Assembly: GCA_951406725.2 (NCBI GenBank)
Contig: OX597831.1
Span: forward strand, 33,604,001-33,668,000
Length of the DNA stretch: 64,000 nucleotides
Direction of reading: 5' to 3'
Source: Octopus vulgaris
Taxonomy: Eukaryota
A model generated the notes under the pieces. It searched no databases, was not told the DNA's origin, and saw only the letters and a list, made by a program, of their open reading frames with translations. Made by a program: the position numbers and the translations under genes. Below, in pieces: positions 41,607-56,459 of this stretch; the stretch's first letter is position 1; the number at the start of each line of letters is the position of its first letter.

Positions 41607-42423
41607 ACACACGCGCATATGCAGTGATAGAGTATTGGGCCATGAACCTAGCGGCCGCGGCCAGCTGCTTGTTTATATGTTAACACGAGTATTGACTCAT
41701 GTTCATGAATCAAGAAACCTACTTAACTCTCAATGACCATATTTGTTTAGTTACGAAACAAGGACATACGCCGCAGTATATTTATATAAACATTAGTTAA
41801 AAGAAAACGTAGGCAGCTCTTACAAGGTCATTCAACCTGCAAGAAATAACGGTAGGCTCTCCCATACTTCACACACTACTGTTTTAATAAAGAAGAAAGG
41901 AGAGATTGGATAATTTTCTACTCATCATTATTTAATAGTGTAAAAGCGGCGTGCTAGCAGAATCTTAGCACGCAAAATGCTTGGCGGCATTTCGCCCGTT
42001 CTTTCTAAATTCCACAGAGGTCAGCTTTGCCTTTTATTCTCTCGAAATCGATTAAATAAGTACCTGCTGATAACTAGAGGTCGGTAAAATCGATTTAACC
42101 CCTCCCCGAGATCTCTGGCCTTGTGGCAAAATTTGAGACCATTATTTAATAGTGTAGTGATCATCGTTGTTATGAAAATATAATGTAATTACAATTCGAA
42201 ATTTAGCCAAATTTAATCACGAAACAAAAACGTACGAAAAATACAGAACAATAAGACGCTTTAAAAAGAGGTCTTAGATTGTATTCGGAACTAAAACTCG
42301 AAAAAATTAAATTTGAGACTTAAAATGAACATTGAAGTTGAAAACAATGAAAAAAAAAAACGTATCTTTATTCGCTCTATATTAACTTCGTGATTTTCTT
42401 TCGGAAAGTAAGGAAAGAGTAGC

Positions 42424-42481
<58 letters not shown>

Positions 42482-42606
42482 TGTTTACTGGGTGCTTTGG
42501 TTTTACTGGGATCTCCTTTTAAGTAGAAAGAATAGCCAAAACTTTTTGACTGATATTTCTAAATTCGGTGTGTGGTGAGGCTAATCGTTGCTAAACCCTT
42601 AATTGA

Positions 42607-42925
42607 GAGCGTCGAGCTTACGATCGTGAGGTTGTGAGCTCGAATCCCGGACCGGGCTGCGTGTTGTGTTCTTGAGCAAAGCACTTTATTTCACGTTGCT
42701 CCAGTTCACTCAGCTGTAGAAATGAGTTGCGACGTCACTGGTGCCAAGCTGTATCGACCTTTGTCTTTCCCTTGGATAACACTGGTGGCGTGGAGAGGGG
42801 AGGCTGGTATGCATGGGCGGCTGCTGGTCTTCCATAAACAACCTTGCCCGGACTTGTGTCTAGGAGGGTAACTTTCTAGGTGCAATCCCATGGTCATTCA
42901 TGACCGAAGGGGGTCTTTACCCTTT
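42607..42925 (+). mobile_element. SINE D nested inside a copy of the 24530 family
   Basis: Flanks 42539-42606 and 42926-43026 rejoin to give the reverse complement of 24535-24710. Confidence 0.85.
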
Positions 42926-43022
42926 ACTTAAACCTTCCTTGAATGGGGCTTTTACATGCCGAACTCTACTTGGTGAAATTAATGATTATTTCTAAATTAA
43001 TTAATTTCACCCTTTATTATTG

Positions 43023-43080
<58 letters not shown>

Positions 43081-43083
<3 letters not shown>

Positions 43084-43361
43084 ATTTAAAATTTAATAAG
43101 GGTAGAAATTGATATTACTCAATTAAAACCAGTGGCCTAGCATATTAAAAAAGATCCGAAGATTAAAATATTTTTACATACAAAATTCAAAGGACTGACC
43201 ACTAAAAGTGGACGGTCACTTTCATTTGTCTTGCTTAGTTTTAACACTTTGGTTTGTGCTGAGTTTTTATTTGAGAACACATTCTTCGTGGAAAATTGCG
43301 ATTTTGACGTCTATATCTAGCATGTTAACCGTCCACTTTTAGTGGTCAGTCCTTTAAATTT

Positions 43362-43366
<5 letters not shown>
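43081..43366. repeat. Asymmetric foldback element in (TA)n
   Basis: About 39-bp arms 43178-43216 / 43328-43366 with 1 mismatch. Confidence 0.82.
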
Positions 43367-43420
<54 letters not shown>

Positions 43421-44588
43421 TCAACGAGGTTGTACCCTTTGTTGGTATATAATGTGTAGCCATGTATGTCAGTCTTTAAAAGTAAACGTGATAAACTGAC
43501 AAAAGACTACAAAATTTAAAATGACTGGATTTTCTCTTAATCTAAATTAAATGTACCTGGTATTTTATAGTACTTTCCAGAAACAACCAAACCAATTTTA
43601 TATTTTAAAGTATTTAATCTCCCACGTTCTTCAGTGGAGACGAACTACTTCAGCACTTCATTGCAAGTTTCTGCTATGTCCGCTATCACGGATCATACCA
43701 CAACTTCTCTCTTCATCCATCAGTGGAAGAATCATAATACAAAGACTGTGCTTCGAAGAAGAATCGCCCCACGACTAAGCTGTTATTTTTACGTTCTAAA
43801 TGGGTTTTTTTATGACTTAACTGCCATCTTGTAATGACCAAACGGTCAGTTTTTTTTTACGACTCGATGCTGCCTTTCTACGAGTTCCAAACGGTCTATT
43901 TCTGTTAACTTTTCTCTATGGCTCGTTTTATGTGATGTAGACCATATCCCGGGATATTTACGAACGAAAGCGTTCTGCCTACGACTTGGTGTACAAATCT
44001 GAGGCCACTTATGCAAAGAAATTATAAATGATAGGAACATTTTCGTACGGTATTCCAATTGAAACTGATAATAGAATTACATTAGTGCACCTTCGGCGGT
44101 GTGAGTGTTTGTTGTTGTTGCTGTCGTAATTGTTGTTTTTGTTGTTGTTTTAGTGGTCAGGGCCCTGAGAAGTGTTTTTGATCTGATCTGTCATTGATTA
44201 TATAACAAATTGTAAATCTCTGGCATGTCCCTTGTACATTTTCCATATTAAGCGGTGTTCTGTCACACGTATACACAGACACACACAGACACACACACAC
44301 ACACACACACAAAATATATACACACACAGACGCACACATATTAAGGTGGTGAGCTGACAAAATCGTTAGGACGCCTGGCAAAATTTTCAGTGACATTTTG
44401 TGTCTTTACGTTCAGGGTTCAAATTCCACCGAGGTCGACTTTGTCTTTCATTCGTTCGTTGCCCCATGGTATGTATGTATTTGTTTGTGTTCTTCCTGTG
44501 TACATATATAGGTAATTGTATGTATCTATTTATGGATAGATGTATGTATATGTACATACTCATATCGATAAAAGTACGTATATGAATA

Positions 44589-45890
44589 TTCGGTTGTTCG
44601 GAAAGTTCGTGCCGATTTTTAAAGGAAAGAAAAAGGTCAATAAATACTTGCCATTACATTTTTAATCAACCAAATATGAGCCATTTTGTTGTACATTGCG
44701 TCTCCATCTTTCCTTTAACTTGAAAATAACCTCTTCCCAGAATTGAGGCGGTTTAATGGCAAAGAATTCATCAAGGTATCTTTTTACGTCATCCAAGGAA
44801 TTGAAGTTTTTACCATTAAGAATATTCTGCAGAGACCTGAATAAGTGGAAATCCGAAGGAGCAATATCTGGTGAATATGGAGGGTGGGGTAAAACATCCC
44901 AGCGGAGCTGCAGCAATTTTCGTTTGGTTCCCAAAGAAACGTGCGGTCTTGCATTATCATGTTGGAAAACAACACCCTTCCTGTTGGCCAATTTTTGACG
45001 TTTCTCTTGAATTGCTGCTTTTAACTCGTCCAGTTGTGTACAGTATTTCTCAATTAATTGTCTGGTTACTTGGGAGAAGCTCATAGTACAGAATCCATTT
45101 CCAGTCCCACCAGACACAAGCAAGACTTTTTAAGGGTGAAGACTCGCTTTTGGGGTGGCTAAGGGTGGCTAAGGGTGGCTAAGGGTGGCTCATGTCGCCT
45201 ACTCCAGGATCGCTTTCTCTGAACATTTCCGTAGATAATCCATTTCTCATCACCTGTCACAATTTGCTTTAAAAAATGCGCGTTTTCATTCCGTTTATAA
45301 AGCGAATCACAGATGAAAATGTAATCCAAAATATTCTTCTCACTCAACTCATGTGGTACCTAAACATCGTAACGATTTGTGTACCCAAGCTTTGCCAGGT
45401 GCTCATGAACAACGGATTTTTGATAGGTTGAGGCTTTCTGCCAAGTATCGGGTGGTGCAATGTGGGTTATTCTCAATTAATGACTTGATTTGGTCATCAT
45501 CTGTTGTGGATGGTTTGCCTGATCGCTCTTTATCAATAAGGTTACAATCTCCAGCTCAGAACCTTGCGAACCACTTCCGTACAGTTCTTTCGGATAAAGA
45601 AGCATCACCGTAAAGTGTTTATATTTCTTTGGTTGCTTGTGAGGCATTTTTCCCTTTACGGAAAAAGAAAAGCATCAAGTGCCGAAAATTAACTTTCTTA
45701 TCTTCTTTTTTAAAGGGTTACAAAATTAACACAGGTTATAGGAACAAAAACCTTCTTCCACGAAAAGATAGCTTAAACTGTGCTCTAAATGGAGGTGTAG
45801 TCAAATCCTATTTTATGAACTCAACCATGTTCTAAAATAAGTCGAAAGGTAAGCTATTATAAATCGGCACGAACTTTCCGGACAACCCAA
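44589..45890 (-). mobile_element. Mariner transposon (DD34D, mellifera-like), defective
   Basis: 30-bp TIRs TT(C/G)GGTTGT(T/C)CGGAAAGTTCGTGCCGATTT with TA flanks. Motifs IVTGDEKW, HDNARPH, HPPYSPDIAPSD. Stops and frameshifts present. Confidence 0.95.
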
Positions 45891-46008
45891 TATATACGTA
45901 CATTTATCTATATGTATATGTATATATACATAGATTTACCGCTCTATTTCTGTCACTTTTCTCTAAACGTTGGGGGTTTCCATTCTCCACAGCAAGCTCA
46001 CTGCACTC

Positions 46009-46903
<895 letters not shown>

Positions 46904-47307
46904 TTATGGTATTATTATTCTACGAAAAAAAACAACATATTAACTGAGGAATCCATCTATGGATTTACAAAGCCAATTGGTGATGGGCTTCAACTTCAGA
47001 TCTTGTCTTAGGATTATCTGGAATTCTTTACTAATCTGAAAACGTTTTGTTATTCTGGTGTATTTCCAGTAACAGAGAGCTTGAGAAATATTATGCCCAG
47101 ATTGATAATCTCTTCTTAATAACTCTCTCTATCTCTCTCTCACACGCACACACACATAATACACACACACACATATTTACATATGTATGTGTGTGTATGT
47201 ATATGCATACTCATTCTCACGCATAGATATGTATCTATATGCAGCTAGCATGATTGTACATTCTGTATGCTGTGGTGTGTATTCATTGTGCATATGACTG
47301 CAGACAT

Positions 47308-47366
<59 letters not shown>

Positions 47367-47504
47367 CGGAGATGTACTCGCATAGCAAGTAATTTGATCT
47401 GAGATCGTGTGCTGAAGCGAAAACAATTGCAGCGTGGAAGGTGTTTATAAGCCATTTAAGAAACATACAAAAGCCGTTCGATTCACTTCAACATTTAAGT
47501 TTAA

Positions 47505-47554
47505 TTTGTCAAAATATTTTCGTCGCTAAAATCCGCGACCTGTTCACTGACAAA
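47505..47554 (-). ncRNA. Minimal type I hammerhead ribozyme candidate, G3-C8 variant (left arm)
   Basis: Exact reverse complement of 47571-47620. Confidence 0.65.
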
Positions 47555-47570
47555 GAGATGCAGCACGGAC

Positions 47571-47620
47571 TTTGTCAGTGAACAGGTCGCGGATTTTAGC
47601 GACGAAAATATTTTGACAAA
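47571..47620 (+). ncRNA. Minimal type I hammerhead ribozyme candidate, G3-C8 variant (right arm)
   Basis: TTTGTCA|GTGAACA|G|GTCGC-GGATTTTA-GCGAC|GAAA|ATAT|T|T|TGACAAA. 7-bp stem I, 5-bp stem II, palindromic AATATT stem III. Confidence 0.65.
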
Positions 47621-48063
47621 TTAAACTTAAATGTTGAAGTGAATCGAACGGCTTTTGTGTGTTTCTTAAATGGCTTATAAACATCTTCCACGCTGCAATT
47701 GTATATATATATATATGTGCAATGAATACGGCAGCATTGTCCATTGATGGCGTTGTTAGTTTTACATCCACGCTTCGCACACATCTCCACCTCTTCTCAA
47801 GGACAACTACGCCATTACCTTTCTTCATTACTCGTTATTAACAAGTATGGCTGTACAACTCTCCATAACTCCTTGCTGTCATTCATTGTTTACAATTTTC
47901 AACCGGTGCCTATTAATTTGAATGCTCGGAAACGTCTTAGCAATTCCCTTACTCGACTTCTTTCTTTCCACCTTGTTTCTGCATACCCATGAAAACATAC
48001 ACAAGCATACTTATGTTATACACACACACATACATACATATATACATACATACATACATTCAC

Positions 48064-48150
<87 letters not shown>

Positions 48151-48375
48151 GATCTATCTATGTGTATATGCACACACACATACACACATGTGTGTATGTG
48201 ACATACACACGCACGTGCATGTAAACAAAAACACATCTCAAATGTAAATATTTATACCCATCTATATCTCTTTAGGATCTCATTTTTCACTTAGTCCCTT
48301 TTATGCGCGTGGGAGTATGTGTACGTATACATATCTGTGTGTATATATATTATATATGTATATATATATGTATAT

Positions 48376-48439
<64 letters not shown>

Positions 48440-48783
48440 GTATATATATATGTATATATATATGTATATATATATATGTATATATATGTATATATATGTA
48501 TATGTACATGCATATATATATATGTATATATACATGTATATATATGTATGTACATATATATGTATGTATATATATGTATGTATGTATATATATATATATA
48601 TATATATACACAAACACACATATATATATACATACACATATATATATACATATATACATATATATATATATACATATATATATATATTATGTATATATAT
48701 ATACATGTATATATGCATACATATATAAATGTGTGTATAGCATATATGAATCCCACTCTCCTCAATCGCAATCGCTCTTTTTT

Positions 48784-48834
<51 letters not shown>

Positions 48835-49085
48835 GCACACGAATGTAAACAAGAACCTGTACACGGTGCACAAATACATTCACAAGCATAAACCTCAGAA
48901 TACGATCGTACATGCATTCATACATATATACGAACACATATATATTTACATACATGCACGCTAATGTATACAACCCAAATTGCCAAGATATATATATATA
49001 GTTACATACAATGATGCATACATACACACACACATGCACATGCACGCCCACTTACAGACACGCACATATATATATATATATACAT

Positions 49086-49145
<60 letters not shown>

Positions 49146-49344
49146 TCACTCATACATACATGTGTATACACGCACTCACACAGTAAATACATACATGCAT
49201 ATACACTAACATAACCATTTAGCCGCTACATCATTATCCATGTTAGAAATCTGTCAACAAGAAAACATCACCACCTCCTCCATCATACACCTACCACACC
49301 CTACAAACCCTCAACCCTCATATTATTGTTGTTGTTGTTGTTGC

Positions 49345-49449
<105 letters not shown>

Positions 49450-49547
49450 CAGTTTCACAAAGCAGTCCATCTTCATACAACAAAACGTTCGCCATTAAAA
49501 CTTGAAAAACAATGAACCGTCGAAGGCAAACAAAATATGTGTGCGGA

Positions 49548-49612
<65 letters not shown>

Positions 49613-49674
49613 TGTGTGTGTGTGCTCCCGCACGTGTGCGTGTGTGTGTGTTTATATAATAATGTGTACATACA

Positions 49675-49713
<39 letters not shown>

Positions 49714-50167
49714 AGGTGTGTGCGCATGTATTACATATATGTACATATCTATATATGGATATACATGTATGTGTGTGTGTGTATACGCTTGTATTGACGC
49801 TGCTAGTGTCACATATACACTTATGCAGCTGTTCGTGTGTCTGTATACATTTGTATATGTATATATATATAGATATGTATGTACGTGTGTATGTATGTAT
49901 GTATGTATATATATGTGTAAGTATCTATCTATCTATCTATCTCTCTATCTATGTAACTGCCTATCTCTGCATGTCTGTCTATCTGCCTATCTCTCTCCCT
50001 CTCCCTCTCTCTCTATCTTTATATCTATCTAACTATCTGTCTATCAATCTCTCTCTCTCTCTCTCTCTCTCTCTTTATCTGTATTTATCTGTGGCCAATA
50101 AAGAAAAATATATATCTATGTAACTGCCTATCACTGCATGTGCACATATGATATAATGTAATATAAT

Positions 50168-50240
<73 letters not shown>

Positions 50241-50454
50241 ACACACACACAAACACTCAGCACACACATATAATTTCATTTCTTCATGTTTGTTGTTGTT
50301 GTGCGTGTTGTGGTGGTGATGGCAGAAGTAGTGGTGAAGGGCGAAAATCACACTTGTGCCTAATTATTCGCCATCACATCGTTGTCATCGTCTTAGTCAT
50401 GGTGTGATGGTAGTGATGGAGGCCACAGCTGCCGTTGTGAAAGTGTTGGTTACA

Positions 50455-50857
50455 TATACTCTTTTACTTGTTTCAGTCATTTGACTGCGGCCATGCTGGA
50501 GCACCGCCTTTAGTCGAGCAAATCGACCCCAGGAGTTATTCTTTGTAAGCCCAGTACTTTTTCTATCGGGATCTTTTGCCGAACCGCTAAGTGACGGGGA
50601 CGTAAACACACCAGCATCGGTTGTCAAGCAATGCTAGGGGGACAAACACAGACACACAAACATATACACACACATATATATATACATATATACGACAGGC
50701 TTCTTTCAGTTTCCGTCTACCTGATCCTCTCACAAGGCATTGGTCGGTCCGGGGCTATAGCAGAAGACACTTGTCCAAGGTGCCACGCAGTGGGACTGAA
50801 CCTGGAACCATGTGGTTGGTTAGCAAGCTACTTACCACACAGCCACTCCTGCGCCTA
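50455..50857 (-). mobile_element. SINE B, full length
   Basis: Reverse complement of 35909-36305 at high identity. Confidence 0.92.
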
Positions 50858-51012
50858 TATATTGTCACAAATATTGTTATTATTGTTGTTGTTAGTATGA
50901 TCCTTATTGTTATTTCCTACAACGATGTTGTTAATCATCATTCTCGTTGTCCTTGCGATCTTTGAAGGTGATGTAGATGTTATTCTCGTTGGTATTGCTT
51001 ATGTTGTTGCTA

Positions 51013-51432
51013 GCAGAAGGCGGCGAGCTGGCAGAAACGTTAGCACGCCGGGCGAAATGCTTAGCGGTATTTCGTCTGCGTTACGTTGTGAGTTCAAATT
51101 CCGCCGAGGTCGACTTTGCCTTTCATCCTTTCGGAGTCGATAAATTAAGTACCAGTTACGCACTGGGGTCGATGTAATCGACTTAATACCTATGTCTGTC
51201 CTTGTTTGTCCCCTCTGTGTTTAGCCCCTTGTGGGTAATAAAGAAATAGGTATTTCGGCTGCCGTTACGTTGTGAGTTCAAATTCCGCCGAGGTCGACTT
51301 TGCCTTTCATCCTTTCGGGGTCGATAAATTAAGTACCAGTTACGCACTGGGGTCGATATAATCGACTTAATACCTATGTCTGTCCATGTTTGTCTCCTCT
51401 ATGTTTAGCCCCTTGTGGGTAATAAAGAAATA
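51013..51432 (+). mobile_element. SINE A partial dimer with 22-bp TSD
   Basis: GGTATTGCTTATGTTGTTGCTA at 50991-51012 and 51433-51454. The second unit starts inside the body at 51249. Confidence 0.92.
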
Positions 51433-51939
51433 GGTATTGCTTATGTTGTTGCTACTGTCAATTGTTTGTTTACTCACTGTTGCTGGAGTTATTATGAAAC
51501 TTCGGATTAGTATGATTGAGCAAATACATAATCAAAGTCATTCCAAATGTGACAACCCTATCTTTTCGTATAGCTAAAACTAAATTGTCCAATGTATCTT
51601 GCCTGCTTTAAACGATATATTGTGAATTGAGGAATATTTGGATTCTATTCCTAGAAAGTGGAAGGATCACATCAAATCAGCCCCGTTCATTTTTGTGATT
51701 GCTGAAGTTACCTGTCTTCTAGTTTTTGTTGTTGTTATTGTTGTTCTTTAGCCCCAACTCAACCCCGTTTGAGATGGTTTATGCTCAGTGGAGTTCTATC
51801 CATTATTATTTCATACTTTCCCCACCAGAAATCAGGTTTTATACCATTTTAGAAGAGAGTAGTGTATGTTATTGTTCTTTCAACTGTTATTACTGTCTTT
51901 GTCGATTCCTAAGCATGATATTAATATTCTTAATTAATT

Positions 51940-53230
51940 CTTCCTTGGCGTATATTTCTAATTAATTCTTCCGTTGGCGCATATCTCTAATCCAATCCTG
52001 ATCAAATTTCTCTGTAATTCAATTTCGAATACTGTCTGTAGTACTGTTTCTAGTTGCTTTTTCATCAGCACCTTATAACTTAAGATATCCATAGTCATGA
52101 AAGAAAAACAAACGATTGAATGTCTTAATATTTGTGAGTTCAGCCCCGCTTTACATCTCGGTTAAAAATATCAGCCACAGACAGAAACGGATTGGAGACA
52201 ATAAATCTCCTCGAAATATTTCTTTTCGAATGGGGATAAGGTTAGTTATAGCTTTCCTTCTTTATATTCGTATCAGTCGAATTGTTTACCATTTAATTAT
52301 AACATATTTCATGTATTTTATTATTGCTGAGGCTACCTTACCAATGTCTAGTGTTTCCGAGGGCCACTTGTGGAGACTACTGTTAAAAAAGCTTCTTAAT
52401 GATCAGACCATGACCTGCTCAGACCCTCTTTTCTTGTTCTGCAGTCTTCATTTAGGGCTTTGCTGATAAATAAACAACTAATCTTTACGGTCGTATGGGG
52501 CTTTCTAGCGCCATGCTCTTCTGGAGTCAAGATTTACAAACACTAGGATGGTGGATGGTAGAATCGAAAGGATGCCGGACAAAATATTTTGGAATTTTAT
52601 TCTTACCATTGTCGAGATGAGTTTTCCAGCTAACTGTTGATTTTTAATATTCGTACAAGTTCTCATATTTTTTGGAAGGAGAAGGGGAGGGACCTTTTGT
52701 TCATTAATCCACTCAGGTGTTTGTTTACTCTTTGTGAGTAAATTATCGCCATTAAGATTTTGTTGGCTGCAAGAAATAAAATCCGTAGTTTTTGATCTTT
52801 GCAATTAGTTTATTCCTGAGGATAAAGATGGTTTTCCTCCTCAATTAGCTAATCAGGAATTGTCTAAAACTCCGTCAGTATCTCATCAAACTTCTTTAAG
52901 TCCCATGTGTCCCTTTGCATATTTTAACTAGAAGTTTGGTATGTTCTGGTGGCTTCCAGATGTTTTTCTGTAACTGAGCCAGTTGTTCTTTTGTTAAGTC
53001 TCAACCAACCTTTTTCAAGGGGAAGCCTTCGCTCTACTTACCCTGATTTTAGTACTGCTCTGGATTCTATTTTATTTTTAACAAGTTCTTGAGAAATAGA
53101 TTGGGATTTGTTACTATTTTTCATACCAATTATTTCTTTGTGATTTAATAAGAATCCCCAGATTCAGGCGTTCTTTGATTTCGATTACTGCTTTTTGTTT
53201 TTGTTACCTTCAAAGGTTGGAAAGGATCCT
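51940..53230 (-). mobile_element. Old R4/Dong-type LINE relic covering the RT domain
   Basis: Degenerate KNIWKPPEH, TPEWINE..LLPKN, ISKALNEDCRTRKEGLSRSWSDH, IPIRKEIFRGDLLSPIRFCL and IGLEICA, in the expected RT motif order. Confidence 0.7.
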
Positions 53231-53924
53231 ATATGGCTTCTAGCTCACATTATGGCTCCACCGGTGCTGCAATGTACGGTAATGGCCATACTCTGGTTAC
53301 TGGTTTCGACTGTCCAACTAAATTAAGTGAGAGACGTCAAGGGATATGCATTAGGGTGGGTATGTTCACTCCTAAGTATACGAAACCTGGAACGGCATAG
53401 AATGTAGAAAAACCCAACAGATCAATGGAACTGAAAGCTTGACTGTGGAGTATGTGACACGCAAAGAGACTGGGTGACGACACAGAAAGCACTATCGGCT
53501 CGTCATCGTGAAAGGGATTGGAAATCATTATGTTTTATTCTAAAGAAATGCCAATGATGATCCAGCCATATAGAAGCAACCGGTAATGGAATTGGAAATT
53601 GTTGGTAAACCGGTCCCGGGATACCAGAAATGGACACTTGGCTGATGACATTTCTGGAGTATTTGTCTCGTTCTGTCTTTTACTTGATTCATGCTTTAGA
53701 CTGTTGCCATTCCGGAGCATTGCTTTCAAGTGTTTAGTCAACCAAATCGATTCCAGTACTTATTTTAAAGTCTAGTACTTTTCCTATCGGCTTCTCTTTG
53801 CTGACCCGCTCACCTACAGGGACATAAACAAACCAATATTAGTTGTCAAGAAGTGCGGGGCAGCTACGAAACGAACAAACACACAGACGTATGCATTCAT
53901 ACACACACGCACACACAACACGCA

Positions 53925-53995
<71 letters not shown>

Positions 53996-55159
53996 GAACG
54001 CTGATTTCAAAATCAGATGAAATACTAAGGTTCCATATAACGAACATAAAAACTCTTAAAAGCGGTGCTGCAGCATGACTGTATTCCAATGACCAATTCT
54101 TAGTCAAAGACCAATAATTCAGGAATAATGTCATTAACGCAATTTACGTAACATTGGCTGAAAAGAATCGGAAAAAGATAACACAGATGGCAGGAAATGT
54201 ATGGTAGACAGGTTAGAGATACCATTCGTTCAGTCAGTCATCGACACTTAGTAGCGCAACAAGACAAATAACTCACGGTTTTTACAGTAGAGACAACGGA
54301 AGTGTTAGTTGCTGATATTATCGAAGCAGAAGAGAACTCATAACGATGTCAAACAATATGAGTTACATGCATTGATGCAATAACAAGGAGAGCAAAGCTC
54401 ATTCGGCCGGAAGAAAACCCAGCTATGGTTATTAAAGATCTTTTATTGAGAATGTATTCTTTGTTCTTCGTTTTGTTGCTTCAATAAACCGAAGCTTCCT
54501 CCTAAACGCCGATCATTCTTTTCCAGTTTTCTGCATCGTTGCCATTAAGAGTAGCGGCAGTAGTAGTAGTAGCCGCAGTAGCAGCAGTAGTCGTAGAGAT
54601 AGTACTATTGCTCGTGTTGACTAAGTTCAAGCGTGCATCGTTGTCGTCGTTTTCATTGCTTTGTCGGTATCGACGTTCTTCTTCTTCTTGTTGTTTTATC
54701 GTACATGTTGCATTTGTTGTTGTTATTATTACCGCCGTTATTTTTTGTTGTAATTATTGTTATTTTTGCTTTAGTTGTTTTTTTTTTCATAGTTGTTATT
54801 TTTGGCGCCATCATCTCGTCGTTGTTATCGTCATCATCATCTCGTCGTTGTTGTTATTGGCAAAGAATGATTGATGAGCATATAATAAGAATGTTTTTTT
54901 TAAGTCCTGATTCCTTTTCCACACATTTGGTTCCATGTCAAAATTTTAACGCGATTCTTCATTTGTATATTAACTTCACACATTCTGTTTGTGTTGTTAA
55001 TCTATCATAAAATAAAATAAAATAAAAAAATTATTTCTTATTTTTAACATCTCTCCTCTCTATTTCTGATAATTCATTTAAACATGCAAAACCTTTTTCC
55101 AAAATTAATTACATTTATTCACTTCAATGACTTCAAATTCTTTTTTATTTTTTTTATTT

Positions 55160-55331
55160 GTTTCGGTCATTTCACTACGGCCATGTTGGAGCACCGCTTT
55201 TAGTCGAAAAGATCGACCCCAGGATTTGTTCTATCGGTCTCTTTTGCCGAACCGCTAAGTTACGGGGACGTAAACACACCAACACCGGTTGTCAAGCGAT
55301 GGTGGAGGGACAAACACAGACACACAAATAC

Positions 55332-55386
<55 letters not shown>

Positions 55387-55507
55387 GACGGGCTTCTTTC
55401 AGTTTCCGTCTACAAAATCTACTCACAAGGCTTTGGTCGGCCCGAGGCTATAATAGAAAACACTTGCCCAAGGTACTACGTAGTGGGACTGAATCTAGAA
55501 CCATGTG
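55160..55507 (-). mobile_element. SINE B, 5'-truncated
   Basis: Family B body and tail in reverse complement. Confidence 0.85.
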
Positions 55508-55845
55508 TAATTCGAACCCAGAACGTAAAGGCGTACGAAATGCGGTTAAGCATTTTATCCGGCGTGCTAAAGATTCTCCCAACTCATTAAAATAATAAAC
55601 ACTTGTATTGTGCTAGTGTTGATTCAATCACTAATCCTTTCTGGCATTTTTTGGAAGCTTCGCGACTAGTACATGGCTCGTACACTATTTTATCGACCTC
55701 GAAAGATTGAAAAGCAAAATCGACCTCGGTGGAATTTGAACTCAGAACAGTACACACAATATCTTCATTCTACACAACATTAACAATATTGGTTACTGTG
55801 CGACGTCTTATAGTAATAATAATGATGATGATGATGATGATGATG

Positions 55846-55939
<94 letters not shown>

Positions 55940-56016
55940 ATTACGCTATGTTCGAACTATCTTCTAATTTGACGAATCAGTATTTTCCTGTATTTTGACG
56001 GTTAAGATATTTTTTT

Positions 56017-56053
<37 letters not shown>

Positions 56054-56329
56054 CTATTTATTTTAAGTATGTCTGAGTAATATTCTTTAAATTATATGTC
56101 ACCTTATTGGCTTCTGATTTGCTCCATATCCTGAAGGAGAGATAGAACTGGTTCAGTTTAATTCTCTAATACATGATGAAGACTTTTAAAAGAGAATGAA
56201 TCTAGCTAAATTTCGTTATTGTGGTAAATGCATTAACATTTCTTAGCGGCAAAAGAAAGAAGTTAAAGAACGACAGTATAATAAATACAAAAGTAAATGC
56301 TTATTAAATAATAATAAGTACAGAAGTAA

Positions 56330-56459
56330 ATTACTTTCGAGGCAGTACTTCTTGATACACCAAGCATTTCGGGTGTATTCGTTACGCTAGCGCCTGCTAT
56401 ACAGGCACCGACAATTTGACCTCTTTGAAAGTCCGATAGATCTGTGATTTTAATGAATT
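56330..56459 (-). mobile_element. Tc1-like 5' fragment (same family as 13228 and 59393)
   Basis: TDLSDFQRGQIVGACIAGASVTNTPEMLGVSRSTASKV; matches 60268-60398. Confidence 0.85.

Larger units (their letters stand above)
47363..47702. repeat. Near-perfect foldback (133-bp arms, 14-nt loop) in (TA)n
   Basis: 47423-47555 versus 47570-47702, about 2 mismatches. Confidence 0.95.

Noticed and set aside
53280-53650. Possible degraded RTE 3' region
   Set aside because: Only a YETW-like trace is visible, which is too weak to call without alignment.
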